64,000 nucleotides of DNA from Squalus acanthias (Eukaryota): positions 69,690,001 to 69,754,000 of the forward strand of contig CM059432.1 in NCBI GenBank assembly GCA_030390025.1. The letters are read 5' to 3'. A program made the translations under genes and the position numbers. Positions 1 to 13,079 of the stretch are shown here, piece by piece (position 1 is the first letter of the stretch; the number at the start of each line of letters is the position of its first letter). Below the pieces are notes generated by a model. The model was not told the DNA's origin. It did not search any database and worked only from the letters and a program-made list of their open reading frames with translations.

Positions 1-557
1 GGAGGCGGGGTGCTACTGGAAAGCGCTCCCCCTCCTTCTTGAGGCGCTACCAGTGAATTTCACGACACTACATTCAACAGTGCCATGCGGCGGCACCTAG
101 CACAGCGTCATTGTACGCACGGGGGCCCTGCTAGACCACCGGGGAGCGGTGTACTGAGAAAACAGTCCGGCACTCAAGAGGAGTGCCGGGCTGAGCGGCA
201 CCCGGCGTAAGAAGGAGCAGGTGCTGGCAGTCGGCCAAAAGACAAATGGCCGCCCGGTACCTGCCCTTTAATTTGCTCCACCACTGCTGCCAAAACGCCC
301 CCTGAACCAGTCAGACATATCATCCGGCGATAGGTCAGGGGGCACAAGGGAAGTTTGCGGCCGGGGCGCTGCGCACGGCGATGATGTCATCGCCAGCGGT
401 GCAGCGCCGCGGGGTACTACTGGCTGCCGCCGCCGCTAACCTCCCACTGAAATTCGCGGGAGGCGTTAGCGGCGCCACACCCGAGCGCTAGGGGCTTTGC
501 GCCCCGCTAGTGCCCGGGGCGCTAACAGGAGGCGCAATGCAACCCAACTTTTCCCCC
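1..557. mobile_element. Right part of a GC-rich Harbinger-type non-autonomous element (related to 26514-27409 and 43683-44597)
   Basis: Ends in ...gctaacaggaggcgcaa...tttttccccc, resembling the right ends at 27375-27409 and 44562-44597. The left end is outside the window. Confidence 0.6.
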
Positions 558-868
558 TTAATGTCTTATCTGTCCTTTTCACAGAGCAAGGAGAAGAAAG
601 TGGCCTAGAAATTGGATAAAGCCCGAAAACGGGCACGGGCAGTGAGAAGCGCTATCTGCCTGCACCTGTTCAAAGTGGTGCAGACAGCACCTAAAATTCG
701 TGCTGCCTGCTCATTGTAATGATTGCAGTGCTGCTACGTGCTGCTGATTGACTTAGCGCTGAACAGGGGGGCCAATATCGGGTGTAGTCTACTGGCCAAT
801 AAAGGTTGGCCTAGGCTCTCTGCACTATTTAAAAGGGAGGTGCTTTGTTGCAGCATCTCATTGTCATT

Positions 869-1703
869 GGTCCGGATTTTGCAGTCGGCTGCATAACTAA
901 GGGTTATGCCGCTGGCATCCGAACGGAATGCGCACTTACCTGCTGGGAACCCTCCTTCGAGAAGCTGCTGTCAGACACTGCGGGGTTGAGTGCAGTGTAG
1001 TGGCCTACGGATCCCAGGAGCGCACCATGTACGTTAGCGTACCTGGGAACACGTGGGCCGGTGCGCCAATCAGCAAACAGAAGGTCTCTCATTCACCCCC
1101 AGTCTCTCTCAAACGGGCCAAGAGGGTATAAGTTTCATCGAGGGAAATTCTTGAGATTTTTCTCCAGAATCGTGTTCTGTACATTTCCGGGAGAATGAAT
1201 GATTAATACTATTAGAGATCATCTTTGTGTGCTGTACCAAAACATGTTTTTTTTGTCTCCGATTTCCACTTTTTCTCTTGCAATAAAGAAGTGCAGATCC
1301 AATATGTAGTTCGTGATGCCGATTTATGAGTAGTCTTCCTTCCAAAGTGATAGGAATGTATGGGGCTAGGCAGTGAAATGATTTAGCTACTTTTGGTGCC
1401 GCAGTCCATAACGCTGTCAAAATAAAGTTTGTAAGTATGAAAAGCCAGAAATGTGGAGGTTTTAGGTTGAGTCCAGGCACGGAAATTCTGTCTAGTAAAT
1501 TGCCAGTCCAACGCATTTACTTGGATTTGTCAGGAGTAATTGTGGTTTCATTGTTGAAGCGGATGATCTGTCAAGTCGGAACTTGACAGAGCGCAAGTTC
1601 GGGATTTGCGCATGAGGAAGTCACGAACTTGTTGTCCATTTCAAAGGCGGTGTGACAGTGTAGTCTGAGAGTACGCTGTCATATCGACCGCAAATTTTGC
1701 CCC
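869..1703. mobile_element. Harbinger-type MITE nested in H1
   Basis: Imperfect TIRs ggtccggattttgcagtcg / cgaccgcaaattttgcccc and ATT TSD. The sister element H2 shows the empty site (cattgtcattgtggtgagagcc on the minus strand near 17085-17107). Confidence 0.8.
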
Positions 1704-2664
1704 ATTGTGTAGAAAGCCATGGCCCTACAGCCAAGAGAAACGATGAGGAGATTTTCAGGTGTGGCACTGGAGGCCTTGGTCCTGGGGGTTCAAAGACTCC
1801 ATCAGGTTTCTCTAACCGCAGGGGGACAAGACACCTTCAAGGAAGTGCAGCAGAAGGCTGTGGGAGGAGATCGCTGAAGCCGTCACTGCAACGAGTGTTG
1901 GCCCCAGGACCTGGATCCAGTGCCGCAAAAAGTTTAATGACCTCACACAAGTGGTCAAGGTGAGTGAATGCATCATCAAATGCCATATCCCACCATCTGC
2001 ATCACTAGCCTCACACACTGCTCAATGCACCACACCCCATCACTCACCTACCAACAATCTCCAACAATAACCACTCATACCTCACAATCATAGCTTCACT
2101 TCACCCTCACACACTTATCACAATGCAAGAGTCACACCCACATCTCACACCTTGAATACACTGCCAACTATTCAACCATGGCAGGCACTCACCCAAACAC
2201 ATTGCACCACACTCACTGACACACTTCCTTTTCTCTTGCAGGTAAAGGTCGCTCATAACCGCCGGGAGCAGCAGCAGACGGGTGGAGGGGAAACACGTCT
2301 GCAGAACCTGATGGAGCTGGAGGAAGCAGTGTTGGAGATCATTGGCGGGGCACTTCCATGGCAAGTGAGGAAGTTGAAAGCATTGCTGATGATGACGGTA
2401 TGCTCATACCTAATCCTTCTTCTCGCATCCCACTTCCCCCTCATCCCACAATCTCTTGTCACTTGCAAGCTGCTGATGGTGTATGCATGGATATCTTGCT
2501 TTACCCCCCTCCCCTCACCACAACCCAACCTTTCTCCTTTCAGATTCCAAGAAGTCCCACCAGCACAGCCAGTCCCCGAAATGATGGAAGAGGACAGTGA
2601 AGGAGTGTCACTGTATCTAACACTCGCAGGCACCAGCTCAGAAAATGGCACTACGCGGTCTTTA

Positions 2665-5465
2665 GAATCATAGAGGAAACATAGAAATTTATGGCAAAAA
2701 AGGAGGCCATTTGGCCCATCGTGTCTGTGCCAGCCCAAAAAGAACCATCCAGCCTTCCAGCTCTTGGTCCGTAGCCCTGTAGGTTACGGCACTTTAAGTG
2801 TATATCCAAGTATTTTTTAAATGTGATGAGGGTTTCTGCCTCTACCACCCTTTCAGGCAGTGAGTTCCAGACCCCACCACCCTCTGGGTGAAAAAAGTTC
2901 TCCTCAACTCCCCTCTAATCCTTCTACCAATTACTTTAAATCTATGCCTCCTGGTTGTTGACCTCTCTGCTAAGGGAAATAGGTCCTTCCTATCCACTCT
3001 ATCTAGGCCCCTCATAATTTTATACACCTCAATTAAGTCTCCCCTCAGCCTCCTCTGTTCCAAAGAAAACAACCCCAGCCTAATAAATCTTTTCTCATAG
3101 CTAAAATTCTCCAGTCCTGGCAACATCCTCGTAAATCTCCTCTGTACCCTCTCTAGTGCAATCACATCTTTCCTGTAATGTGGTGACTAGAACTGTATGC
3201 AGTACTCTAACTGTGGCCTAACTAGTGTTTTATACAGTTCAAGCATAACCTCCTTCCTTTTATATTCTATGCCTCGACTAATAAATCCCATATGCCTTCT
3301 TAACCACTTTATCTTGTAGGGGGTGGTGGTTTGTGTCAGCTTTGCCTCTGACTTCCGAGCGGTTCGAAACGCTCCCACTCCCTTGGTTCTAGACCTTGGA
3401 CTTATTTGGGGGTTGTGATAAAAAGGTGCAGCAGACAACTGAGTTTGATGAAAGAACTTCAATCTTTATTCAAAAGGTAAAACACAAATGACAACACTCT
3501 TAACACTCTAAAGGTGAGGAACACTTTGGTACAAGCGAGGGAAATGACAGTAGAACAATACTTCACCCCTCCCAACCCCACTTTACTAGCTAAGTTAGGT
3601 TTTGAAGGACCAGGGATAATGCTCACCAATCCTTTGACAGTTGGGCTAAATCGCGGCTTTGGGGTTCGCTGTTTATGGCGGTTAGTGTCTGCCGTACCCC
3701 GTACGCGGTAGAGGACTTCACCTGCGTTTCTGGTCAGTCTTCGCGAGTCCGCTGATGCGGTAGGGTGCGTTTTGGATCTATCAGGTGAGTACCCAATTTC
3801 CTTTGGTTAGGAGTAGGGTTTAGAGTCTGTTGGTAGAAATCTTACCCAGGGGTAAGTCAGGAGTAGTTTGTAGTGTGGAAACTTTGCATTCTTCGGGTTT
3901 TCTTCCCTTGAGTTGGTCTTTGTTGGTCGCGGTGGCCTGCTATTACCTGGTCAGTTGGGGGTAATGTGCGGTTGTTGGTTTCGTGAGGCCTTTGGTTTCC
4001 GCAATGGCTTTAGGCCTTGTCTAGTGTGTCGGTCGACCTTGTGGAGCCGTCGATGTCTTCTTGGCTTGTTGCTCCGGGTGACTGTGTTGGGACCGTTGTT
4101 GGAGGTCCGTCGAGGTGGTATCTTCACGGGCTGGACTCAGGTGTGTCTGAGTGGTGAGTGATGCCGACTCGCTTCCAGCTCGGTTTGCCTTCTTCCTGGT
4201 TTCTTCTTCTTCTGATAACCACCGGTTGCGACTGGCTTTTTTCTTGAACTGCTTAACGGGCCTTCAATTATACTAAATTGAAGTGGCCTTATCTACCCGC
4301 CAAATCTACTCAGTTCATTGTCTGGTTTTTGGCGGGCTCGCAAATCGGTAACGACTTACTAGCGCATTAACTGGTTTCTTAACAGGCCTTCAATCTTACC
4401 CATTGAACATGGCCTTATCTACCCGCCAAATCTACTCAGTTCATTGTCTGATTTTTGGCGGGCCTGTTACCAGTAACTGCTCTGTAAGTGTCAAATGGCT
4501 TTTGGGATGGTTTGCATCCTCTCGATCTCCTTGGCTGATCACTGGTGATTGGTTTTGTGTTTTGGGTTTCTAGGCTGGACTCGGTCTTTTCTATAGAATG
4601 GTCCTGAGTGATTTGTATTATGCATGTTTTCTGATGGGCCCTGTAATCGGTTTTGATGGGGCCTGTTATTTTGGGTGGGACTGTCTTCTCCCAGGGTCTG
4701 TTGTTCAAATGTTAATGTCTGCTGGGGCTTGAGTGGGGTCATCCCGGTTCCTCAGACAGTGTAATTAACTGCAATAGCCAAACTGCTTTTACAGAGGTCG
4801 AACCCATCTCCTTGTCCCTTTACAGGCCCAGACATAGTTTTTAAATGCCAAAACTTGGTTTTTGGTCTTAAATTCCTTAGGTTAGGCCCAAATGCATTTT
4901 TATCACTCTGAGGTAGTTCCAAAGTCCTTTTTCCTTAGGTTTTGGGGATCTGCAAAATTTTGGAAACCTTACAATCTATTTGTCCTGCTACCTTCAGGGA
5001 TCTGTGGACATGCACTCCAAGGTCCCTCAGTTCATCTTCACTTCTCCGTATCCCACCATTTATTGTGTATTCCCTTGCCTTGTTAGCCCTCCCCAAATGC
5101 ATTACCTCACACTTCTCCGGATTGAATTCCATTTGCCACTTTTCTGCCCACCTGAGCAGTCCATTGATATCTTCCTGCAGTCTACAGCTTTCTTCCTCAC
5201 TATCAACCACACGGCCAATTGTTGAATCACATGCAAACTTCTTAATCATGCCCCCTACATTGAAGTCTAAATCATTGATATATACCACAAAAAGCAAGGG
5301 ACCTAGTACTGTGCCCTGCAGAACCCCACTGGAAACAGCCTTTCAGTCACAAAAGCACCCATCGACCATTTCCCTTTGCTTTCTGCCACTGAGCAAATTT
5401 TGGATCCAACTTCCCACTTTCCCTTGGATCCCATGGGCTTTTACTTTTCTGACCATGTGGGACCT
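2665..5465 (-). mobile_element. 5'-truncated CR1 LINE (RT 3' part), itself split by a solo LTR
   Basis: ORF pieces LFVVYINDL...KWQMEFNPEKCEVMH (4935-5297) and LVRPQLEYC / LERVQRRFTRMLPGL (2842-3310). CATAGA-type tail near 2665-2685. Confidence 0.92.
3315..4973 (-). mobile_element. Solo LTR, 1659 bp
   Basis: TGTAGG...CCTTACA termini with an ATCT 4-bp TSD (3311-3314, 4974-4977). The CR1 sequence resumes directly after it. AATAAA on the minus strand at 3465-3470. Confidence 0.85.
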
Positions 5466-6535
5466 AATGATAGTATAGAGGCGGGATCTGCACGTGGTGA
5501 GTCACTGGGCACGAGTGGGCTGCAGCCAAGCCAGAGGGAAAGGGTAAATCGGGTGCCAGCTCCCCGGAGGGCAAGTTCGCGCACAAGTTCTGTTGCATAG
5601 GACTCAGATGATGACCTCGATGGGGCGGCCTTCAGAAGAAGGGTGATGGGCATGCACACAGAAATGCTGGTGCAATAGCAAGCCTGCCAGAGAGCCTCTT
5701 GTCAGTGGCAAGGAACCTGGAGAAGTCCAGCTCCAATATTACACAGGGCTTTGCACGGAGCTTGGAGCCTGTGATTTCCAGGATGGAAATGGTGGGCAAC
5801 ACCATGAGAGCCCTTGTGGACCCAGCCATGATGCTGCGTGAGATGGGCGATGTTGCAGCTTCCATTGCAGAGCAGGCGAAAGTGACCCAATGTCTCAGTG
5901 CTGCAGCGGAAGCTCAGACTGCTGTCATCTTGACTGTGTTTACGAGTGTAGAAAGGGGCTTACTGGATCTCACAGCACTCCAGCAATCTGTTCCCCAATA
6001 GATAGCTAACAATGCTGAGGCACTGCTCCAGGGGCGTGGCAGTGGCTCCGTGGAGCAAGAACCCGCTGTCCTCTCTCAGAATGCCAGCATTCGTACTCAC
6101 ACCACTGCCACCCTGCCAGTGCCATTGCTGCTGCCTGTCATCCACCCAGCCCAGACTGCTGCCGCCTATGCCGAGATGATGCAGTCTCCAGCCGGGCCTT
6201 CAAGAGTCAGAGCTGCTTGAGGCCGTCCTGCAAGGCCATCTGTAGTCTCTCCCACTGAAAATCAGCAGCCTTCACCCAGCCACTGGAGGAGCACTTCATA
6301 GGAGCACTAGAGTAGGTAAAGGCACACGAAAGACAGACACTAAGGAAATGCACAATGGTGATTAGTTGACTTTGTTCTTTTGATTTGAATTTGATAAATT
6401 TATAAATTGTGTTTGGAATGTTTGTTTTGTGGTGGCTCTCATTTCAGCTTTGTGCCGAGGAAGACACTGTGATGTTCCATGACAGAGGGATGGTAAGATG
6501 GGGAACTGGTGAGCAATGGGGTTCTGGGTTTTCAT

Positions 6536-7735
6536 TCACTGGAACTGGAGTCTGATGGAGTCCCTTCCGGAACGGGGATCTGCTGCCTGCCTCCTCCCTT
6601 CCTCCTCTTCCACTTCCTCCTCCCGCTGAGGTGGGGCCGGAACCCATGGTGGCAAGGGCTGAGCGTTCATGATGGCCAAGTTGTGGAGCATGCAGCCGAC
6701 CACAAAATGGGACACCCGCCCTGGTGTGTACTGGAGGGCTCCTCCCGAGTGGTCAAGGCAGCGGAACCGTTGCTTGAGCACCACGATGGTCTGCTCGATG
6801 AAGTTCCTCATGGCAGTATGGCTCTCATTATATGAGTGCTGTCCGTGAGTGGTGGGGTTGCAAAGGGGAGTCATCAGCCAGCTGCAGAGCAAATAGCCCT
6901 TCTTTCCGAGCAGCCACCCTCTGGTTTGACATGGTGGCTAGAAGATTGCTGGCAAACCGGCCTGGCACATCATGACTGCTGACAGGATCACCACACGGAC
7001 TGCAGCGGTTCAAGAAAGCGGTTCACCACCACCTTCTCAAGGGCAACTAGGGATGAGCAATAAATGCTGGCCTTGCCAGCGACGCCCAGATCCCACAAGC
7101 GAATAAAAAAAATACACCAGGCATTCACCATCGTGGCATGGTTGCACACCAACTGCACATTAAGCGAGTGGTAGTTTTGCATTTATGGAACATCTCAGGA
7201 TTGATATGCGGCGCCTGCAAAGCCACGTGTGTGCAGTCGATGGCGCCCTGCACCAGGGGGAAGCCTGCTATCCTGGCAAAGCCATATGCATACTCCTCCT
7301 GCTTCTCTCTGTTCAGAGAGAAAATAATGAAGCCCCTTCTCCTGGAGTACAGAGCCTCTGTGACCTCCCGGATGCATCGATGGATGGCGAACTGGGAGAT
7401 GTTTGCTATGTCTCCTGATCCAGACTGGAAGCATCCATTGGCGAAAAAATTGAGGGCCACTGGGAGAGCCATCATCGCCCTGCTCTGAGGCTGCAGGTCT
7501 GGTTGCAGGAAGTGGCAGACTTCTGTGATCACCTCTTTGATGAAGCAGAGCCTCCTAAGACACTGCTCCAGGTAGGAGAAGTGCTCCTTGAAGACCCTAG
7601 GTGGGTAAGGCCTCCTGCTGAGAGCCCTCCAGCCCTCCTCCTCCTCTGTGAGGATCTTGTCCTCTTCTTCACTAGCTCTGCTCCATCTCACTGCCATACT
7701 TGCACACAAGGAGGACTGCAAGTAGAGCCCCCATG
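6536..7735 (-). pseudogene. Harbinger (HARBI1-like DDE) transposase of H1, disrupted
   Basis: Motifs RRPYPPRVF, ALNFFA, GAIDCTHV, HSLNVQLVC, IEQTIVVLKQRFRCLD and CMLHNLA. It has frameshifts and a LINE-tail insertion. Confidence 0.9.
6985..7113 (+). mobile_element. Short 3' end of LINE family B inserted in the H1 transposase
   Basis: gcaataaatgctggccttgccagcgacgcccagatccc...aataaaaaaaa matches the 3' end of the element at 21808-21920 (reverse complement). Confidence 0.8.
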
Positions 7736-9867
7736 ACTGTGAGCAAGTGGTGTGAGCAGAACCCTTTAAATGAGAAACAAGGCATTCTCCAGTTGCAGCA
7801 ATATTCCCTGTCACCTCAGCAACTTTAAATAACTGTAGAAATCTACAAACTGTTGCATAAACTTACACAGAGCGAGTCCAAATTAAAAAGGAAGTCAGCT
7901 GCAAGTTGTTGATGATCACTTTAAATAGCACTGGTGGGGGGTCCTTCCTGCTGCTGGACGCATGTTCAGCTGGTCGTGATTTGGAGAAATCGTTAAAAGG
8001 AGCGGCATCGTCCAAAATGGCAGATTGTGCATGAAATCAGTGTTGCACACTCACTGACGTCACGATCTGCCTCATTTCCATTTCTGCAGCGAGTGCCGAC
8101 CTGCCCAATATGCCGCCCCCACGTGACCTGCCGGAAGCATACGGAATCGAGGTGGCCGCCATTTTTATTCCAAACCAGCCTTAACGGCCAACGCAAACGG
8201 GTCCAATTTCCCGGCCAGTTTTTTCTTGTGTTCATTCTGAGAAGAACAGCAACCAAAATACCAACCCCGAGCATAAACACTTGCATTAAATAGCAATAAA
8301 GATACAGGCACTTTGCAAAAATATACAATGAAATGGATGATGAACGGGCAGCATCGATAAGGGCTGATGAGGCATGAACAGGTGTAGGCAGAAGATGTTT
8401 TGCTGCCACTACTAACATGCTGACTGTTCCTTCTAAGATATCTTGGCATATATATCTAGAGGATGTTGCAACAACATGGGTATATTAAAATAAATGGTTT
8501 AATAACTGTCTAAAAATAGAGCACAGAGGAATGTAGTGTGAGCGTGCTAAGCATTCTCACCTGAACTTCAGCAATTGGAAAATATATCCATGCACTGTGT
8601 TGAGCAGTGACTTGCTTTCACGCACACGGCTTGCAAAATTGTATAACTGTTGGATGAGTGCTCATCTGCACTGGAGCAACAACTTGGCAACTGCAGTAGC
8701 AACCTTATTAGCGCAGGCCATAAGGGCATTTTTCATGAATACCCCTTGATGCTATGGCTATTTTAAGGCTCAAACTCCAAGAAGCCCTCATGGCTATCTC
8801 GCATGGAAAATATTTACAATCATGAGGTAAGGGAGGTTGAGAGGATCCAGCCATCAATCCTTCCTTTTCACTCAAAGAGTTGTGTCATATTTGATTGCCT
8901 TAGAATGAAAGCATATGCCTCAGGTGGGAGCCTAGCATTGAAGTGCAATATTTTTTTTAGTAGTGGTAGCAAACCATTTTCACAATGATGCTCTGTACCT
9001 TGGACAATCCAGCAATTTGGGAAATCAGATGCTCACTGCTGAAGCGTATGTAACAGTCTGCACGTTGGGACTTAGCTCCAATTACCTCTCTAATAGAGCT
9101 ACATACATCAAGGTGGCCAGCTCCTGAGGTATCCCTTGTGGGTACAGGAAGATTCCTGTGGTATAAAGGTTGAAGGTAATTCTGACCTTCATTGTTAGTG
9201 GTAATGAATTCCGGATAGCTGGCTGTTTTCTTGCACCGTGTGGCATACCTCTGACACTACCTAACTGCTAATCCTGTATCTCTTCTTCTATTATTCCTCC
9301 ATCTTGCCCAGGTAACTTACTCTGTTATGGTAAACACACCACCTGAACAGTGCCTATTGCTAGTTGTGAGTGTATGCCCTCTTATGCACCTCCTCCAATG
9401 TTAAAGCTACCCAGCAATGACTGCTGTACCCAAGCTCTCTTTGTTAAGTGGGTATTTAGGTCCAGGTGTGACTGCACCAATGCCAGATCTGACCTGGAGC
9501 TAAATATTAACTTTTTGACCAACCTGTAATCTTGATGAGTTGATAAACAAAAAATTGTTTTCTTCTTAACATTTTGCTATTATTTGTTGATGCATCTTTG
9601 GCAGGGCAGGAATCCTCAGGGCAGAGAGGAGTAACAGCAGTCTCTACCCTTATTCCATCAGTTTTCACTCATCTTTACTTTGTTGCTAAAGAAAAGCCAG
9701 AAATTTTGGCTCCCATTTTTTTAATATATGTTTTTGACTTCAATAACCATTATAAAATTTGCTATTTGCAGTGGCCATTTTATTAGTAAGCCCTACTAGT
9801 GGGGTGGTTGAGGCATTGAATTCTGGTATCTGAATCTCTAGCTGAACAAACCTCATTGAACTAAAAA

Positions 9868-10020
9868 GACTAACATTTATATAGCGCCTTTCACGACCAC
9901 CGGACATCCCAACGTGCTTTACAGCCAATGAAGTGTAGTCACTGTTGAAGGAAATGCGGCAGCCAATTTGTGCACAGCAAGCTCCCACAAACAGCTATGT
10001 GATAACGACCAGATAATCTG
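9868..10020 (-). mobile_element. 3' part of a DeuSINE (SacSINE1-like) with an L2-type tail
   Basis: The reverse complement reads cagattatctggtc...tgctgtgcacaaattggctgccgc...gtgaaaggcgctatataaatgt, and the tail is shared with the L2 end near 39055. Family name is from recall. Confidence 0.65.
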
Positions 10021-10138
10021 TACAAAATGAAACTAAAATATTTCAAGGAGTTGTTATTACTAATCTACACAGTGCATGGAGTTGATCTTAACTAAAATGT
10101 ACCTTCATTGACACTTGCTCTGTAACTTTTTCTTCAAG

Positions 10139-10296
10139 CCTGGACTTTTCCAATTGGAGGCTGTGTCCTTGGGTAAGCTACAGAAGGTGCTCCTACACAG
10201 TGAAGCGGATATAAAATCCCAGCGTTGGTATTGTAAGAAAGTGGTCATTAAGGAAGAGGGTAACAATGAATTAGAATATATCTTCAACTGTGACAG
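10139..10296 (+). CDS. RP1: PLAT-domain protein exon 1 in window (PGLFQLEAVSLGKLQKVLL...EYIFNCDR)
   Basis: PLAT C-terminal motifs (LGKLQKV, WYCKKVVI, FNCDRW), ttttcttcaag acceptor and AG|gtaac donor in phase 2. The symbol comes from recalled similarity to the PLAT-containing RP1 isoform; LOXHD1-like is the alternative. Confidence 0.85.
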
Positions 10297-10882
10297 GTAA
10301 CAATTACGTTGAAATCTTGTTAGACAAAAATATAGGTTTTTGGAATATCACACTTCCTAATGTTTTACAATAATATTAAATTAATTCCAAATATATATTG
10401 ATATATATATAGGATATTCTGGTGATTCTTTATAAAATCAAATAAGTCATGCTGAGTAATGCTATTTTTCAGTTTTACTAATTGTGATGTAATGCATATG
10501 CGGCACAGGCAACTTAGATCAAACAGTCTTAATTTAATTGTGCTGTTACTAGTAGTTCAGTAATCAATTTCTATTTAAAAGAAAGCCAGGCTAAATTTGC
10601 ATAAACAAATAAAGGGGTAAATTTCTCTTAGCAATAATTTCAGTGAAGATGTCAGTATGAATTTTGTACTGACATTGACTTTTAGGATAAAATTATCAAT
10701 GAGCTATTTTAGTGCATCCTTGGTTTAAATTCACTCACACTTGCAGCAGTAAACAAGGACAGAAACGGAAAGAGGGCACAAATCTAGTATGAGTCAATAT
10801 CTTCTGGAGAAGAGACAAAGGAAAATAATTGCAAGAAAAAAAACTAACAACAGAAATAATTCATCAAACTCATAGACAACAC

Positions 10883-11486
10883 GGCTAAAATTCCTCAGCC
10901 TATTTTTTTCCATAACTTTTACGGATACTGGCAGACTCTACCCTCTCTCTGGAATATGGCAGAAACCTCATTGCATCAGGTCTCTGCCTTTCCGAGAGTT
11001 TCCGACTTGCCTTATAAAGGATGGAACCTCTGCCCACCCTTTAGAAGGTAAATGTTGAAAGGTAAAAGGTAAAAGTGGGAAAGAGGGTTGGACTTCTTAT
11101 TTCAAGAGTTCCCACTCCAGTGGCTCAGTCAGGACCCGGCGTATCTGGTACCCCCAATAAGTGAGGCATAACAGACTCCTGATGGGCGGATTTGATTCCC
11201 ACCAGTGGGGTCAATGAAACTGAAAGTTTAAAAAAAAAACTTTTTACCGCAAAAGGTGATCAGCAGGTCAAGAGGAACATGGCCAAGATTGGGATAAGGA
11301 GACTTGGGTAACCTTCCTCAAATGCCGGGTGAGTGCATGGGGCAGGCATATACCAGAGATGCACCTGTAATGAGGCTTGCATTCCCCTGCCCAATACTAA
11401 CTAGGTGCACTCTCACTGACCCCGCAAACTCCAGCGGACTCACTCCGGCCATAACCACCGGGATCACGTCCCAAGGAATTTAAACC
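10883..11486. mobile_element. Possible old Harbinger-type MITE
   Basis: Imperfect inverted ends ggctaaaattcct / aggaatttaaacc. No clean TSD. Confidence 0.35.
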
Positions 11487-11613
11487 TCAGTATGTATCAG
11501 AAAGGGTGTAAAGGATTTTTCTGATCAAATTAGACTGACTTGCCTCGTCGCTCAGAAAAGTACAGTAATAGTGTGATATCTCTATGTAACATATGGGTTT
11601 ATGTTTATTATAG

Positions 11614-11672
11614 GTGGTTTCCATATATCTTAATGGATGTTGTCCAAACAGATGTAGAGATCATACTTTCTG
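11614..11672 (+). CDS. RP1: PLAT-domain protein exon 2 (RWFPYILMDVVQTDVEIILS)
   Basis: ttattatag acceptor and G|gtgag donor. Supplies the missing base and the Trp of the C-D-R-W PLAT motif; phases match both neighbours. Confidence 0.8.
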
Positions 11673-12292
11673 GTGAGAACACTTAAAATACTTCAAAAAT
11701 GGTATTGTAAAAAATGATTACTGCATTCAACATAAAACACAGATCCAATCCGGCTCAAGTCGTGAACATTTATTAAATGCTTTTGACCACAGTAAAGTTT
11801 TTAAAGATAGCGTCAGAGAAAAAAATTGTGAATACTTTGGCTTTACTATTGTATCAGATGTGATGTATATTAAGAATGTAGTGTTTCAGAATAGACTTTT
11901 TGTTATTTTCCATCACATAAATACACTACCAGACTCCAGTGTGATACTAAATTTATTACATGGTGTTATAACAGCACTGAGAAGACTGTTCCTCTAAACA
12001 GTTGAGAAATGTTTCAGATCACGGCCTCCAGCACCTCATACCTGCCTGAAATATTACTGATCTGTTTGAAGCTTTCCCTTCTTACATTCTCAACCAAACA
12101 ATCCTACCCAAAAAACATATTGAACCTCAGAAAGAATGAAATGAAAATGGATTCCGTACAAATAGAAACTCCAGAAAAATGAGGGACTCGCAGCATGGAG
12201 CGAGTGCCAAAGCTCTTAATCCATATTAAAGAAGGCTGACTATTGTTCTTTTATGTGCATGAGAATATAAATCTTTATTTTTGTATTTTCAG

Positions 12293-12334
12293 AAATTCAT
12301 GAAGAGAATTCTAGCACACAAGAAATTGCTCAAG
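12293..12334 (+). CDS. RP1: PLAT-domain protein 42-nt linker exon 3 (EIHEENSSTQEIAQ), GC donor
   Basis: Strong ttttgtattttcag acceptor, open frame, phase 1/1, donor CAAG|gcaag. Confidence 0.6.
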
Positions 12335-13079
12335 GCAAGAACATATTGACTAGACCTCACTACCACTTCTGTTAATTATAAAAATGCTAATTTAAATTGA
12401 TATCATCCTAGTCTTCAGTTATTTTTCTCTTGGTAAGAGACACAATTTTCTCCATTAAGAACAAGCAGCCACCAATTTCCATACTCCCAACAATGCCCCA
12501 CTGAACCAGTCAGCAGAGGGCATGCAATAGTGGGTTGACAGCCTCCAATATCTCCATTCACTTCCTCATGGGAAGCATCTGGATAGAAAGTCCCAGTTTG
12601 GAACTCCCCGTGCAGTGTTTCAGCTACCAGAATCCTGCTTTACAGAAGCATAGCACATTGTGCCACTGGCATCAACAATCTAAACAAGAATGCCCATGTT
12701 TGTAAGAAGTCATTTTCTGGAGTTACATTGAAAGAGAATTCGAACAGGTGATTGAGGCCTGAAAAATGGGTAGAGATTGCTCTCATTACATTTCTGCCCA
12801 TTGTGCACTGCTCATGATCTTCCTGCCAGGCTTTTAATGCTAGTCAGAAAAGAATTACTAAAGGTGTGATTACCTGCTTTTCTTGCAAGGAATGCACTGT
12901 GTGCTCACATTCACCATATAAACTGGGTGACTAGGGTCAAGCATGTTCTGGGCTGGCGGGCAATCTGTATTTAAAGGTAGACCAGTTTATTTGGAACGTA
13001 TGCAAGAGTGGACATTAACTTTGGGTTTGCGAGCACTTTTTTGCAGTTTATTTTCAGAGGCTTTTGTTCAAGATTTTTG

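Larger units (their letters stand above)
1719..6364 (+). pseudogene. Harbinger Myb/SANT-like DNA-binding protein gene of H1, three exons, disrupted
   Basis: MALQPRETMRRFSGVALEALV...WIQCRKKFNDLTQVVK, with GT-AG introns 1960-2241 and 2398-2543. It has an early stop, and exon 3 is split by a CR1 insertion (about 2665-5465). Confidence 0.8.
602..8216. mobile_element. PIF/Harbinger DNA transposon H1 (decayed, with nested insertions)
   Basis: TIRs ggcctagaaattgga (602) and tccaatttcccggcc (8216). AGT is repeated on both flanks (599-601, 8217-8219). Contains convergent Myb-like and DDE transposase remnants. Confidence 0.9.

Noticed and set aside
1..557. CpG-island promoter of the host gene (also 26514-27409 and 39826-40036)
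   Set aside because: The CpG-rich blocks coincide with TIR-bounded repeats inside introns.
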